Under the pieces are notes generated by a model. That model did not search any database. It had not been told where the DNA came from and saw nothing but the letters and a program-made list of their open reading frames with translations. DNA of 64,000 nt from Pseudomonadota bacterium. Lineage in GTDB: Bacteria; Pseudomonadota; Gammaproteobacteria; Burkholderiales; Burkholderiaceae_C. Made by a program: the position numbers and the translations under genes. Below are positions 21,966 through 31,238 of the stretch, one piece after another (position 1 is the first letter of the stretch; each line of letters opens with the position of its first letter). Location: contig JADFIG010000009.1 in assembly GCA_022566735.1 (NCBI GenBank), positions 6,483 through 70,482 on the forward strand, given 5' to 3'.

Positions 21966-23348
21966 TCAGAAGCGGTAGGCCAGGCGCAGGCCACCCCAGT
22001 GCCGCCCCCCCACCTCGATGGGCGCGGAGGCCTCTTTCAGCAGGATGAACTGACCGCCGCCCATGTCGCGCCGGTAGGTCTGCAGCAGGAAGGGCCGCGC
22101 GTTGCGCGCCGAGGCCAGGCCGGTGCGGTCGTTGAAGATGCGCCGCCAGCGCGAGTTGGCGGTGTTCCAGGCCACGTCGCCGGGGCGCTGGGGGTGGCAG
22201 TACACCCGGTTGTGGGTGGAGATGTAGCCGTTGCGGTCGGCGGCGATGCAGAACACCACCTGCGGCAAGGCCTTGAGTGCGGCTTCCTGGAGGGGGGGCA
22301 GGACTTCGTCGCACAGGGCGTTGAAGGCCGTGGTGTGCTGGGCGGGCTGGCTGCCGGCGATGGGCACGTAGTGCTCGTCGAACAGCTGGACCAGGCCGAT
22401 GCGGCGCTGCGCCACGGCTTGTGCCAGCGCCTGGGCGATCTGGCCAGCGACCTGCTGGGCGAGCTGGATGTAGGGGGTGTCGGAGGTTTCCACACCGCAG
22501 GTGGCGATCAGCTCCATCAGGCGCTCGGACACGCCCAGCACCGCCTCGCTGCGGCGCGTGGCCGTGCCCAGGGCGTCGCGGGTCTGCTGCACCTCCTGGG
22601 CCATGCGGCTGACCTGCTGGTTGATGCCCGAAGACAGCTGGGCGCTGGTGTCGGCGGCGCTGACGATGCGCTGCACCGCGGCCTCCACGCCCAGCAGGGC
22701 CTGGTGCACCTGGCGGCTGTCGTTCTGGGCGCCGGCCTGCTCGGTTGCGGTGGTGCTCAGGTCGGACGCCAGCGACTGGATGCGCTGATCCAGCGTGGCC
22801 ACCGTGCCCATGATGGCCTTGGAGATGGATTCGACCTGGGTGGACAGGTCCTTGACCGCATCGGCCACGACGCCGAAGCCCAGCCCGGCATCGCCGGCGC
22901 GCTTGGCCTCGACCGAGGCATTGAAGGCGACCAGCCGCGTCTGCAGCGCGACCTGGGTGATCTGGCGGGCGGCGTCGCTGACCTGGTGCAGGGTGCTGAC
23001 CACGCCGGTGACTTCGCTGCCGACGTGCTCGACGCAATCGCGGGCGCGCTGCAAGGCCTGCTGGCTGAGCTGGGTCTCGCTGTGGATGTGCTGCTGGGCC
23101 TGGCCGATCTGCTGGGCCTGGTTCACCAGTTCGGCCAGTGTGCCGGCCTGGCGCTCGGCCACGGCGGCAGAGTCTTCCAGGGTGCCGCGCAGCTGGGCAG
23201 CTTCCAGGCCCAGCCCGCTGGTGTCGCGCTGCAGGGTCTGGGCAAGGTGGCGCACACCCGCGTCATCCTGACGCTCGGTGGGCTCGGTGGACGGCGAAGA
23301 TGCCGACGCCGCAGGGACGGCGCCGCGCTTCTTGAACAAGGCCAACAT
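21966..23348 (-). CDS. Cytoplasmic MCP with C-terminal Cache/PAS-like domain
   Basis: No TM; VALQTRLVAFNASVEAKRAGDAGLGFGVVA hairpin; C-terminal DRNGYISTHN...RRIFND...LLQTYRRDMG...HWGGLR domain. Start 23348 or 23375. Confidence 0.88.
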   Translation of the reverse strand: MLALFKKRGAVPAASASSPSTEPTERQDDAGVRHLAQTLQRDTSGLGLEAAQLRGTLEDSAAVAERQAGTLAELVNQAQQIGQAQQHIHSETQLSQQALQRARDCVEHVGSEVTGVVSTLHQVSDAARQITQVALQTRLVAFNASVEAKRAGDAGLGFGVVADAVKDLSTQVESISKAIMGTVATLDQRIQSLASDLSTTATEQAGAQNDSRQVHQALLGVEAAVQRIVSAADTSAQLSSGINQQVSRMAQEVQQTRDALGTATRRSEAVLGVSERLMELIATCGVETSDTPYIQLAQQVAGQIAQALAQAVAQRRIGLVQLFDEHYVPIAGSQPAQHTTAFNALCDEVLPPLQEAALKALPQVVFCIAADRNGYISTHNRVYCHPQRPGDVAWNTANSRWRRIFNDRTGLASARNARPFLLQTYRRDMGGGQFILLKEASAPIEVGGRHWGGLRLAYRF

Positions 23349-23399
23349 GGGCTTCCTCGGGTATGGGAAGTCCATCGCCCCTGGGCAACCTCGGTCAGG

Positions 23400-24122
23400 T
23401 CACCACTCTCTGAGCTTGACTCGCAGCCGGGCGATGGATTGGCTGTGAAGCTGACACACGCGCGACTCCGTCACTCCCAGCACAGCCGCAATTTCCTTGA
23501 GGTTCATGTCCTGCTCGTAGTACATGCTCATGACGTACTGCTCGCGCTCCGGCAGGTTCTTGATGGCGTCCACCAGCGCGCTGCGCATGCGGTGGTCTTC
23601 CAGCAGGCTCAGGGGGTCGTTGCCCTCGTCAGAGACGTGCCGGTCGAGGTAGTCGTTGTCGCCGTCCTCGCCGCTCATGTCCTCCAGGTAGATGAGCTGG
23701 GTGCCACGCACCTTGCCCAGCATCTCCTGGTAGTCGCCCAGGGACATGCCCATTTCCTGGGCGATCTCGCTTTCCTGGGGGGCGCGGCCGAGCTTTTGCT
23801 CCAGCTTGTGCACGGCGGACTCGATGTCACGCTGCTGCTTGCGGGTGCCGCGGCTGAGCCAGTCGGCACCGCGCAGCTCGTCGAGCATGGCGCCGCGGAT
23901 GCGCTGGGTGGCGAAGGTTTCGAACTGCACACCTTGGCCGGCGTCGAAGCGGCTGAGCGCGTCGCTCAGGCCGATCATGCCAACCTGGATGAGGTCGTCG
24001 ATCTCGACGTTGGCCGGCAGCTTGGCGATCATCTGGTGGGCCAGTCGCCGCACCAGCGGGCTGTAATGACGCAGCATCGAGTCCAAATCGAGACGTCCTT
24101 TGGCGGTGTACATGCTGGACAT
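23400..24122 (-). CDS. fliA: Flagellar sigma factor sigma28
   Basis: DDLIQVGMIGL, RIRGAMLDELR, GVTESRVCQLHSQ; GGAG RBS upstream of ATG 24122. Confidence 0.97.
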   Translation of the reverse strand: MSSMYTAKGRLDLDSMLRHYSPLVRRLAHQMIAKLPANVEIDDLIQVGMIGLSDALSRFDAGQGVQFETFATQRIRGAMLDELRGADWLSRGTRKQQRDIESAVHKLEQKLGRAPQESEIAQEMGMSLGDYQEMLGKVRGTQLIYLEDMSGEDGDNDYLDRHVSDEGNDPLSLLEDHRMRSALVDAIKNLPEREQYVMSMYYEQDMNLKEIAAVLGVTESRVCQLHSQSIARLRVKLREW

Positions 24123-24149
24123 GCTGTGCTCCGTGGGCATCAAGGGGCT

Positions 24150-25022
24150 TCAGTTGAGGACGGGGGACTGGCGGGCCGGCAGGGCGGCACCAGGCGAAAT
24201 CAGGTGATCGAAGGCGCTGTCGCTCAGGGTGTGGGCCAGCGCGCAGTGCAGCAGGCCGGCAGCCATGTCCATGAAGCGGGCCTCAGGGTCGAGCGAAGCG
24301 GGCTCGAAGGGGTCCAGGCGCAGCGCGCTGCGCTGTGCGACGCCCAGGAACTCATCGGCACAGCGCGCCAGGCGGGCAATGACCTCGTCGGCCTGGGTAC
24401 TTCGGCGTGGGGCACACATCAGCAGATCGTACGCCATCCAGCCACCGCGCTGACTGAGCACTTTCACTGCGGCATAGGCCTCGGTCAGGCCTTCGGCCAT
24501 GTCGTTGGTGACGACCAGCGGGCGCAGGTTGGCGTGGCGGCTGCGTTGCGCGAAGATGCGCGCCAGCTCGCTGGCCGAGGCATGGACCAGCACCACATCG
24601 CTTTGCGGTGCGGCATCGGCCAGGGCATCGAGGAAGGTTTCGCAGGAGCCGCGCGCATCGGCGAAGCTCAGCGGCAGGCCGCGGGCGGCCATGAAGCTGA
24701 CCTGCGACGACAGGCGCTCGACGCCCTCGGCCAGGTCGAACTCGGCGAGCTCGCCGGGCGGGCGGGCCTGCTCGGAGGCATCGACCACCAGGGTGTGCAG
24801 GCCGCAGGCGGCGTAGGCCGCGCACAGGCGCTCCAGCACCAGGCCGGCGGCCGCGGCAGCGCGGTTGTTGGCCACCACGGGGATGAAGCGCAACACGCGG
24901 GCGGCGAACATCTGGCGCAGGCCCTGGGCCTGGTCGACCGGGTGCATGGGGGTGCTGGCCAGGTTGGCGGCACCAGACAAAGGACGTGCGGAGCGGACCA
25001 TGGACGGGCTCGGCTCAGGCAC
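24150..25022 (-). CDS. flhG: Degenerate FlhG/FleN (MinD-like) protein
   Basis: Position between flhF and fliA; DQAQGLR activator helix; LVVDA; AYAAVKVL. Walker A not recognisable. Confidence 0.8.
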   Translation of the reverse strand: MPEPSPSMVRSARPLSGAANLASTPMHPVDQAQGLRQMFAARVLRFIPVVANNRAAAAAGLVLERLCAAYAACGLHTLVVDASEQARPPGELAEFDLAEGVERLSSQVSFMAARGLPLSFADARGSCETFLDALADAAPQSDVVLVHASASELARIFAQRSRHANLRPLVVTNDMAEGLTEAYAAVKVLSQRGGWMAYDLLMCAPRRSTQADEVIARLARCADEFLGVAQRSALRLDPFEPASLDPEARFMDMAAGLLHCALAHTLSDSAFDHLISPGAALPARQSPVLN

Positions 25023-26778
25023 CGCGGGCGGCGGTCAGCATGTCCGGCATGGACGGCGTGGCCAGGATCAGACTGACCTCGTTGGGGTCCAGGCGGTAGG
25101 CCGGGTTCAGGCTGGCGCGCATGGCGCGGTGCACCAGGGCTTGGGACGACAGACGGTGCCAATCTTCGGGCACGCGCTGGCCGTTGGCCACGCCCAGGAC
25201 CTTCAACTTGTGACGAATCAACGCATCCAGGGCCGGGCCGAGCTTCACGGCCTCGTCCAGCTTGGACAGGACCACGCCAGCGCACTGCTGGGCCTGGTAG
25301 GCGTGCATGACGTCTTCGATGGCATCGCCCTGGGCCGAGGCGTTGATGACCAGCAGCTTCTTGATGCTGGGGTGCGAGAGCATGTCCAGCAGCTCCTTGG
25401 TGCGGCTGTCGCGCTGGGCCATGCCGGCGGTGTCGATGAGGATCATCTTCTTGCCCGACAGCAGCTCCAGCAGGTCCTCCAGGGCGGCGCGGTCGTGGGC
25501 CATGTGCACGGGCACGCCCAGGATGCGGCCGTAGGCGCGCAGTTGCTCGTGGGCGCCGACGCGGTAGGCGTCCAGGGTGATGAGGCCCAGGTTGTTGGCG
25601 CCGTGCTTGGCTGCGAAGGTGGCGGCCAGCTTGGCGGTGGTGGTGGTCTTGCCCACGCCGGTGGCGCCGATCAGGGCGAACACGCCGCCCTGGTCTTCGA
25701 TGGCGCGCTCGCCGTCGGCGGTGTTGAGGTTGCGCTGCAGCACCTGGGTGGCCCACTCCAGCTCGTCGTGCTGGCCGTTGTTGACCTCGGCGGGCATGGC
25801 GTCGAGCAGCTTGCGGATCAGCACGGTGGAGAAGCCGCCGTCCAGCAGGCGCTGGGCCAGCGTGGCTTGCGCCGGGGTGCGGCCCAGCTTGTCGAGGAAG
25901 GCCATGGTTTCGAAGCGCTCGGTCACCATGGCGCGCATGGCACGCAACTCACCCAGCATGACGGCGTTGGCTTCCTGGGCGGCGCGCAGGGCCTCCAGGG
26001 TGGCGCGGTCGGTCTGGGCGGCTTGTGCCGCCTGGGCGGCCTGCGCTGCAGCCTGGGCGGCGGCAGGCTTGGCGGCCTGCGGGCGGGCCTGGGCCGCGGC
26101 CTGGCTGGCAGCCGGGCGACGGGCCACGACCTGGTCCATGGTCAGCTCGGCATGGGCACGGCTGGCAGCAGCCGGTGCGGCGGGCGCGGCGCGGCGCTGG
26201 GCGGGCGCCTGGGCCACCACCTCGGTCAGCGTGGGCTCGGCGGCCAGGTCGACGGCGGTGGTTTCGGGGCGCGGAGCGGCCTTGGCCGGCTTGGCAGCGC
26301 GGGGCTCGGCGAAACGCTGGGCCAGCTGGGCCTCGGGCGTGGCGGCCAGGGCCGGCTCGGTGCGCGACTGCTGGATGGCGGCCTGGCGGCGCTTGAGCAT
26401 GCGCTCACGCACATAGTCCTGGAAGGACAGCGTGCTCATGGCCAGTTGCTTGACATCTTCTTGCACGTTGTGGGCCAGTTGCGACACCGACTCGCTGACC
26501 GCCTGGGAGACGCTGCGGCCGCTGTGGGCCGCGGCCGCATCTTCCTCGCGGGCCTCGTCGCGTGGCTCGCGGTGGTCGCGGACTTCGCGGCGGGCGCCAG
26601 CGCCCTGCCCTGCCATCGACTCGACCGCAGCCATGCTGTCGGCGCCCATCGCCAGGATCTCGATGCCGCCTTCGGCCGCGGGCTTGGTCGACAGCACGAT
26701 GGCTTCGTCACCCAGGGCGGCCTTGACCTTCTGCATGGCCTCGCGGCTGTTTCGTCCGATAAAGCGTTTGACGTTCAT
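25015..26778 (-). CDS. flhF: Flagellar SRP-family GTPase FlhF
   Basis: GATGVGKTTTTAKLAA, DAYRVGAHEQL, DTAG, SKLDE, GQRVPED. Confidence 0.97.
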   Translation of the reverse strand: MNVKRFIGRNSREAMQKVKAALGDEAIVLSTKPAAEGGIEILAMGADSMAAVESMAGQGAGARREVRDHREPRDEAREEDAAAAHSGRSVSQAVSESVSQLAHNVQEDVKQLAMSTLSFQDYVRERMLKRRQAAIQQSRTEPALAATPEAQLAQRFAEPRAAKPAKAAPRPETTAVDLAAEPTLTEVVAQAPAQRRAAPAAPAAASRAHAELTMDQVVARRPAASQAAAQARPQAAKPAAAQAAAQAAQAAQAAQTDRATLEALRAAQEANAVMLGELRAMRAMVTERFETMAFLDKLGRTPAQATLAQRLLDGGFSTVLIRKLLDAMPAEVNNGQHDELEWATQVLQRNLNTADGERAIEDQGGVFALIGATGVGKTTTTAKLAATFAAKHGANNLGLITLDAYRVGAHEQLRAYGRILGVPVHMAHDRAALEDLLELLSGKKMILIDTAGMAQRDSRTKELLDMLSHPSIKKLLVINASAQGDAIEDVMHAYQAQQCAGVVLSKLDEAVKLGPALDALIRHKLKVLGVANGQRVPEDWHRLSSQALVHRAMRASLNPAYRLDPNEVSLILATPSMPDMLTAARGA

Positions 26779-28883
26779 GCGTGGCCTCCGATCAGGGTAC
26801 CGATGCGAATCGAATGGGTCTCAGGAATCTCGCTGTGTCCCAGCACCTTGAGACGGGGTGCTGCGCGCTTGAGGAGCCGGGCCACCGAGGGGCGGATCAC
26901 GTCAGGCACCAGCAGACAGGCCGGCTGGCCCATGTTCTCCTGGCGCTGGACCGCCTCGGCGGCCTGGCGGGTGAGGTGGTCGGCCACGCCGGGATCCAGC
27001 ATGGGGCCGTTGGCCGAGGTGAGGGCCTGGGTGAGCAGGCGCTCCAGATCGGGATCGATGGCGATGACATCGAGCTCACGAACCGGGCCGTAGATCTGCT
27101 GGACGATGGCCGGGGCCAGGCCCACGCGGATGCGGCGCGACAGCTCGCCCGGATCGTTGACCAGGTTGGGCGCCATGGCGGCCTGCTCGGCGATGGTCTC
27201 GATGATGGAGCGCATGTCGCGGATGTGCACGCCTTCCTCCAGGAGGAGCTGGAGCACTTTCTGCAGGGTTGCGATGCCGACCATCTTGGGTACCACGTCT
27301 TCGATCAGTTTCGGGGCCAGCTTGGTCACATGCTCGACCAGTTGCTGGGTCTCGACGCGGCCCAGAAGCTTGGCGGCGTGGAGTTGCATCAAGTGTGAAA
27401 GATGGGTGGCCACCACGGTCGAGGGATCAACGACCGTGTACCCGGCCATTTGCGCGGCATCGCGCTGGCGTTCTTCCACCCACACGGCGGGCAGGCCGAA
27501 CGCGGGGTCCACGGCCTGGGTGCCGGCGATCGGGTTGGTGACGTGGCCGGGGTTGATGGCCATCAGCATGTTGGGGAAGACCTCGCCCTCGCCCACCACG
27601 GCACCGCGCAGGGTGATGCGGTAGACGCTGGGCTTGAGCTCCAGGTTGTCCTTGATGTGGACAGAAGGCGGCAGGAAGCCGACCTCTTGCGCGAACTTGC
27701 GGCGCACACCCTTGATGCGGTTGAGCAGGTCGCCCCCGCGCTCCTTGTCCACCAACTGGATCAGGCGGTAGCCCACTTCCAGGCCCAGGGTGTCGACCGG
27801 CTGCAGGTCTTCCCAGCTGGCTTCGCCATTCGGGTTCGGGGCGGCCTGGGCGGGGGCGTCGGAGGCGGCTGGCGCGTTCTTGGCAGCCTCCTGCTTCACG
27901 TGGGTCTTCCAGGCCAGCCAGCCCAGGCCACCCGCCACCGGGAGGAACACGAAGGACGGCATGCCCGGGATCACGCCCAGCAGGCCGATGATGCCGGCGG
28001 CCACGCCCATCACCTTGGCGTTCTCGAACATCTGGCCAATGATCTGGCCGCCGATGTCCTGCTCCTTGCCGACGCGCGACACCACCATCGCGGACGCCAC
28101 CGAGATCAGCAGCGCGGGGATCTGTGCGACCAGCGCATCGCCCACGGCCAGCAGGATGTAGGAGCTGGCGGCGTCCGAGGGCGACAGGCCGTGCTGCACC
28201 ACCCCGATGACGAAGCCGCCGATGATGTTGATGAACAGGATCAGGATGCCGGCGACCGCGTCACCGCGCACGAACTTCGAGGCACCGTCCATGGAGCCGT
28301 GGAACTCGGCCTCTTCGCCCACTTCGCGGCGGCGCTTCTTGGCTTCCTTCTCGTCGATCAGGCCGGCGCCCAGGTCGGCGTCGATGGCCATCTGCTTGCC
28401 GGGCATGGCATCCAGGGTGAAGCGCGCGCTGACTTCGGCGATGCGCTCCGACCCCTTGGTGATCACGATGAAGTTGATGACCACCAGGATGGCGAAGACG
28501 ATCAGGCCGACGGCGAAATTGCCACCGATCAGGAAGTGGCCGAAGGACTCGATCACCTTGCCCGCGGCGCCCGCGCCGGTGTGGCCTTCGAGCAGCACCA
28601 CGCGGGTGGAGGCCACGTTCAGCGACAGGCGCAGCAGCGTGGTCAGCAGCAGCACCGAGGGGAAGGCCGCGAAGTCCAGCGGGCGCAGCATGGTGGCGGC
28701 CACCATCATCACCATCAGCGCCATGGCGATGTTGAAGGTGAAGAACAGGTCCAGCACCAGCGGTGGCAGCGGCAGCACCATCAGGGCCAGCACGCACACC
28801 ACGACGATGGGCGCCGCCATCATCTGGAAGCGCTTGGGGTCGGTGCCCGTGAGGGCCTGGAGCTTTTGCAGCAGCGGGTGCAT
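26775..28883 (-). CDS. flhA: Flagellar export gate FlhA
   Basis: RIAEVSARFTLDAMPGKQMAIDADL, GSMDGASKFVRGDA. Confidence 0.98.
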   Translation of the reverse strand: MHPLLQKLQALTGTDPKRFQMMAAPIVVVCVLALMVLPLPPLVLDLFFTFNIAMALMVMMVAATMLRPLDFAAFPSVLLLTTLLRLSLNVASTRVVLLEGHTGAGAAGKVIESFGHFLIGGNFAVGLIVFAILVVINFIVITKGSERIAEVSARFTLDAMPGKQMAIDADLGAGLIDEKEAKKRRREVGEEAEFHGSMDGASKFVRGDAVAGILILFINIIGGFVIGVVQHGLSPSDAASSYILLAVGDALVAQIPALLISVASAMVVSRVGKEQDIGGQIIGQMFENAKVMGVAAGIIGLLGVIPGMPSFVFLPVAGGLGWLAWKTHVKQEAAKNAPAASDAPAQAAPNPNGEASWEDLQPVDTLGLEVGYRLIQLVDKERGGDLLNRIKGVRRKFAQEVGFLPPSVHIKDNLELKPSVYRITLRGAVVGEGEVFPNMLMAINPGHVTNPIAGTQAVDPAFGLPAVWVEERQRDAAQMAGYTVVDPSTVVATHLSHLMQLHAAKLLGRVETQQLVEHVTKLAPKLIEDVVPKMVGIATLQKVLQLLLEEGVHIRDMRSIIETIAEQAAMAPNLVNDPGELSRRIRVGLAPAIVQQIYGPVRELDVIAIDPDLERLLTQALTSANGPMLDPGVADHLTRQAAEAVQRQENMGQPACLLVPDVIRPSVARLLKRAAPRLKVLGHSEIPETHSIRIGTLIGGHA

Positions 28884-28914
28884 GGACGGCACATCCTTAC
28901 AAAGGGTTGCAAGG

Positions 28915-28976
28915 ATTGTTGGCCGGCCGCGGCCAAACCTTTAGCGAGATAAGCGGGCGTCGCCTGCGCTTATTCC
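28915..28976 (-). promoter_or_regulatory. Class-2 (FlhDC-type) promoter of flhA
   Basis: + strand GATAAGC...GCTTATTCC inverted repeat; ACAAT -10-like box on the minus strand; same spacing as the flhB element. Confidence 0.7.
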
Positions 28977-29105
28977 GGGGCGGTTTCGTGGGGCGAAAAC
29001 ACCCGTTCGCCAGGGCGACCGAAAGAACCAGACATGGTGTGACATTTGTCGCGAATCTTTGCGTAGAGTGCCCCTGCGCTTTCGATTCACCCAAGGACAC
29101 CGCCC

Positions 29106-29768
29106 ATGCAGCTTCGCTCCCTTGCCCACGCCACAGTCCTGGCAGCAGTTGCGCTGACCACATCGACAGCCCACGCCGGGCTTCAAACTTGGCGCCTTTC
29201 CACCACATCGTCCGGCAATCTGATTCCCGCTTCCGCCTACGCGGGATACACGCCGGACTATCTCCCGCCCTTTCCCACCGAGTTCAATCAGGGCAACACA
29301 GTCACCATTGACCTCACGATCGACACCGAAACGCCATTTGGACCGCAGTTCTGGGGGAACGGGTACGCTGGCTTTCTCAGTTCCATGAGCGTCAACAACT
29401 CGCCAATCGCACCCGAGGATCATGGTTCAGTGAGATTCTTCGATGGTGGTCTCGGGTTTGATACGTTCACATACAGCAACGCATACGGCTCCGTGTCCTT
29501 CCGGGCCAGCCGCAACACCGTCGCGCCTGCGGCGTACACCGGCGTCTCGGCTGCGCTTGAGTCGATCTTCCAGCCGGGCACCCCATTGACAATGGAATTC
29601 CACTGGGGCGGCAACCTGCCGTCTCCTGTTTATGTGTTGACGGTGACGTCCTACCAAGCCCTCTCTGGCGTGCCCGACGTTCCTGAAGCGGGCAGCATGG
29701 CCTTGGCTCTGGCGGGTCTGGGCGCGATCAGCGCGGTCCGCCTGCTGCGCCGCCGTCGCGCTCGCTGA
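29106..29768 (+). CDS. PEP-CTERM sorting-domain protein
   Basis: Signal peptide ending AHA; C-terminal VPEAGS-hydrophobic helix-RRRRAR; AAGGA RBS; visibly lower GC than flanks. Confidence 0.92.
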   Translation: MQLRSLAHATVLAAVALTTSTAHAGLQTWRLSTTSSGNLIPASAYAGYTPDYLPPFPTEFNQGNTVTIDLTIDTETPFGPQFWGNGYAGFLSSMSVNNSPIAPEDHGSVRFFDGGLGFDTFTYSNAYGSVSFRASRNTVAPAAYTGVSAALESIFQPGTPLTMEFHWGGNLPSPVYVLTVTSYQALSGVPDVPEAGSMALALAGLGAISAVRLLRRRRAR

Positions 29769-29777
29769 GGTCCAGCA

Positions 29778-30941
29778 TCAACCTTGCACAGGGCGCCGGA
29801 CCTTGGCCGCCGGATGGTGCGGGTCCAGCTCGTCGGGCACCTCCAGGTCGGGCAGGTTGCCCGGCATGGCGCCCTGGCCGGTCAAGGCTTGCTTGAGCTG
29901 GTACACATAGGCCAGCACCTGGGCCACGGCGCTGTAGAGCGCCACCGGCACTTCCATGTCCAGTTCGGTGTGGGCGTAGAGGGCACGCGCCAGCGGGGGC
30001 GCTTCCAGCACGGGCACGCGGTGCTCGACGGCCAGATCGCGGATCTTCAGCGCCAGCAGGTCGGTGCCCTTGGCCACCACGCGCGGCGCGCCCATCGCGC
30101 CTTCCTCGTACTTCAGCGCCACGGCATAGTGGGTCGGGTTCATGACCACCAGGTCGGCCGTGGGGATGGCGGCCATCATCCGCTTCTTGGTCATCTCGCG
30201 CATCTTCTGCTTGATGCGGCCCTTGACCTCCATGTTGCCTTCCTGCTGCTTGAACTCTTCCTTCATTTCCTGGTGGCTCATCTTCATGCGCTCGGCGAAC
30301 AGGAATTTCTGCAGCGGCCAGTCGATGAGGGCGAACAGGGCCATGACCAGCAGCATGGAGCCGAGCACCTGGGCCAGCGTGGTGCCCAGGGCATGGATGG
30401 CCGCCGGCAGGGGCATGGCCAGGAGGCCGGCCATGCTGGGCCAGACCTTCATCAGGAAGGTCACCCCCGCGGCGCCGAGCAGCAGGCCCATGGCCGAGGC
30501 CTTGAGCGCATCCAGCATGTGCGCCTTGGAAAACAGGTTGGCCACACCCTGGATGGGGTTGAGCTTGGAAAACTTCGGGCTGATGACCTGGAAGGACATC
30601 ACCCAGCCGCCCGCGGCCACCGAGGCGGCCACCGAGGCCAGCGCCACGGCCGCACCGAAGGGCACGACCACCATCAGCCACTGCCCCCCCCAGACGGCGA
30701 CGCGCTCCACCATCATCTCGGGGTTGGCCACGGTGCGCGCATCGAAGCGCAGGCCGGCGGTCAGCAGTTGCTCCAGGTGGGCCATCCACAGCGGCGTCAG
30801 GCCCAGCAAGGCCCCCGTGGCCGCCAGCAGGACGAGGAAGTGCCCCAGGTCCTTCGAGCGAACGACCTGGCCTTCCTTGCGCGCGTTGTCCAGCTTCCGT
30901 TGCGAGGCTGGTAACTGCTTGTCTTCTGAACCTTCTGCCAT
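29778..30941 (-). CDS. flhB: Flagellar export protein FlhB
   Basis: ARKEGQVVRSKDL, NPTHYAVAL autocleavage motif. Confidence 0.97.
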   Translation of the reverse strand: MAEGSEDKQLPASQRKLDNARKEGQVVRSKDLGHFLVLLAATGALLGLTPLWMAHLEQLLTAGLRFDARTVANPEMMVERVAVWGGQWLMVVVPFGAAVALASVAASVAAGGWVMSFQVISPKFSKLNPIQGVANLFSKAHMLDALKASAMGLLLGAAGVTFLMKVWPSMAGLLAMPLPAAIHALGTTLAQVLGSMLLVMALFALIDWPLQKFLFAERMKMSHQEMKEEFKQQEGNMEVKGRIKQKMREMTKKRMMAAIPTADLVVMNPTHYAVALKYEEGAMGAPRVVAKGTDLLALKIRDLAVEHRVPVLEAPPLARALYAHTELDMEVPVALYSAVAQVLAYVYQLKQALTGQGAMPGNLPDLEVPDELDPHHPAAKVRRPVQG

Positions 30942-30985
30942 GGCGGTGGGCGGGAGATGCGGACGGAGAGAACTGCGTGAGCGCC

Positions 30986-31047
30986 ATTGTGGGCGGCCCG
31001 CCCCCGCAACGACGGCGGGATAAGCAGGTGCGGAATTGGCCTGTTCG
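30986..31047 (-). promoter_or_regulatory. Class-2 (FlhDC-type) promoter of flhB
   Basis: ATTGT at 30986, GATAAGC at 31019, CTGTTC at 31041: offsets 33 and 22, identical to the flhA element. Confidence 0.68.
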
Positions 31048-31238
31048 AGGCCAGGAACGCAGGCGGCTTTCGCATGACAAAAAACACCTCGGCTCGATCA
31101 GCGAATGCCGGCCTCCAGCGTGAGTGCTTGTCCTCGTTGGCGCCACCCCCGGTTGGCCTTTATGCTTCGACCGCCCGAACTGCGCCAAGCCGTCCCCTCC
31201 CTTTGCGGAGGAGCAGATCGAAGCACCATGGAACCCCG

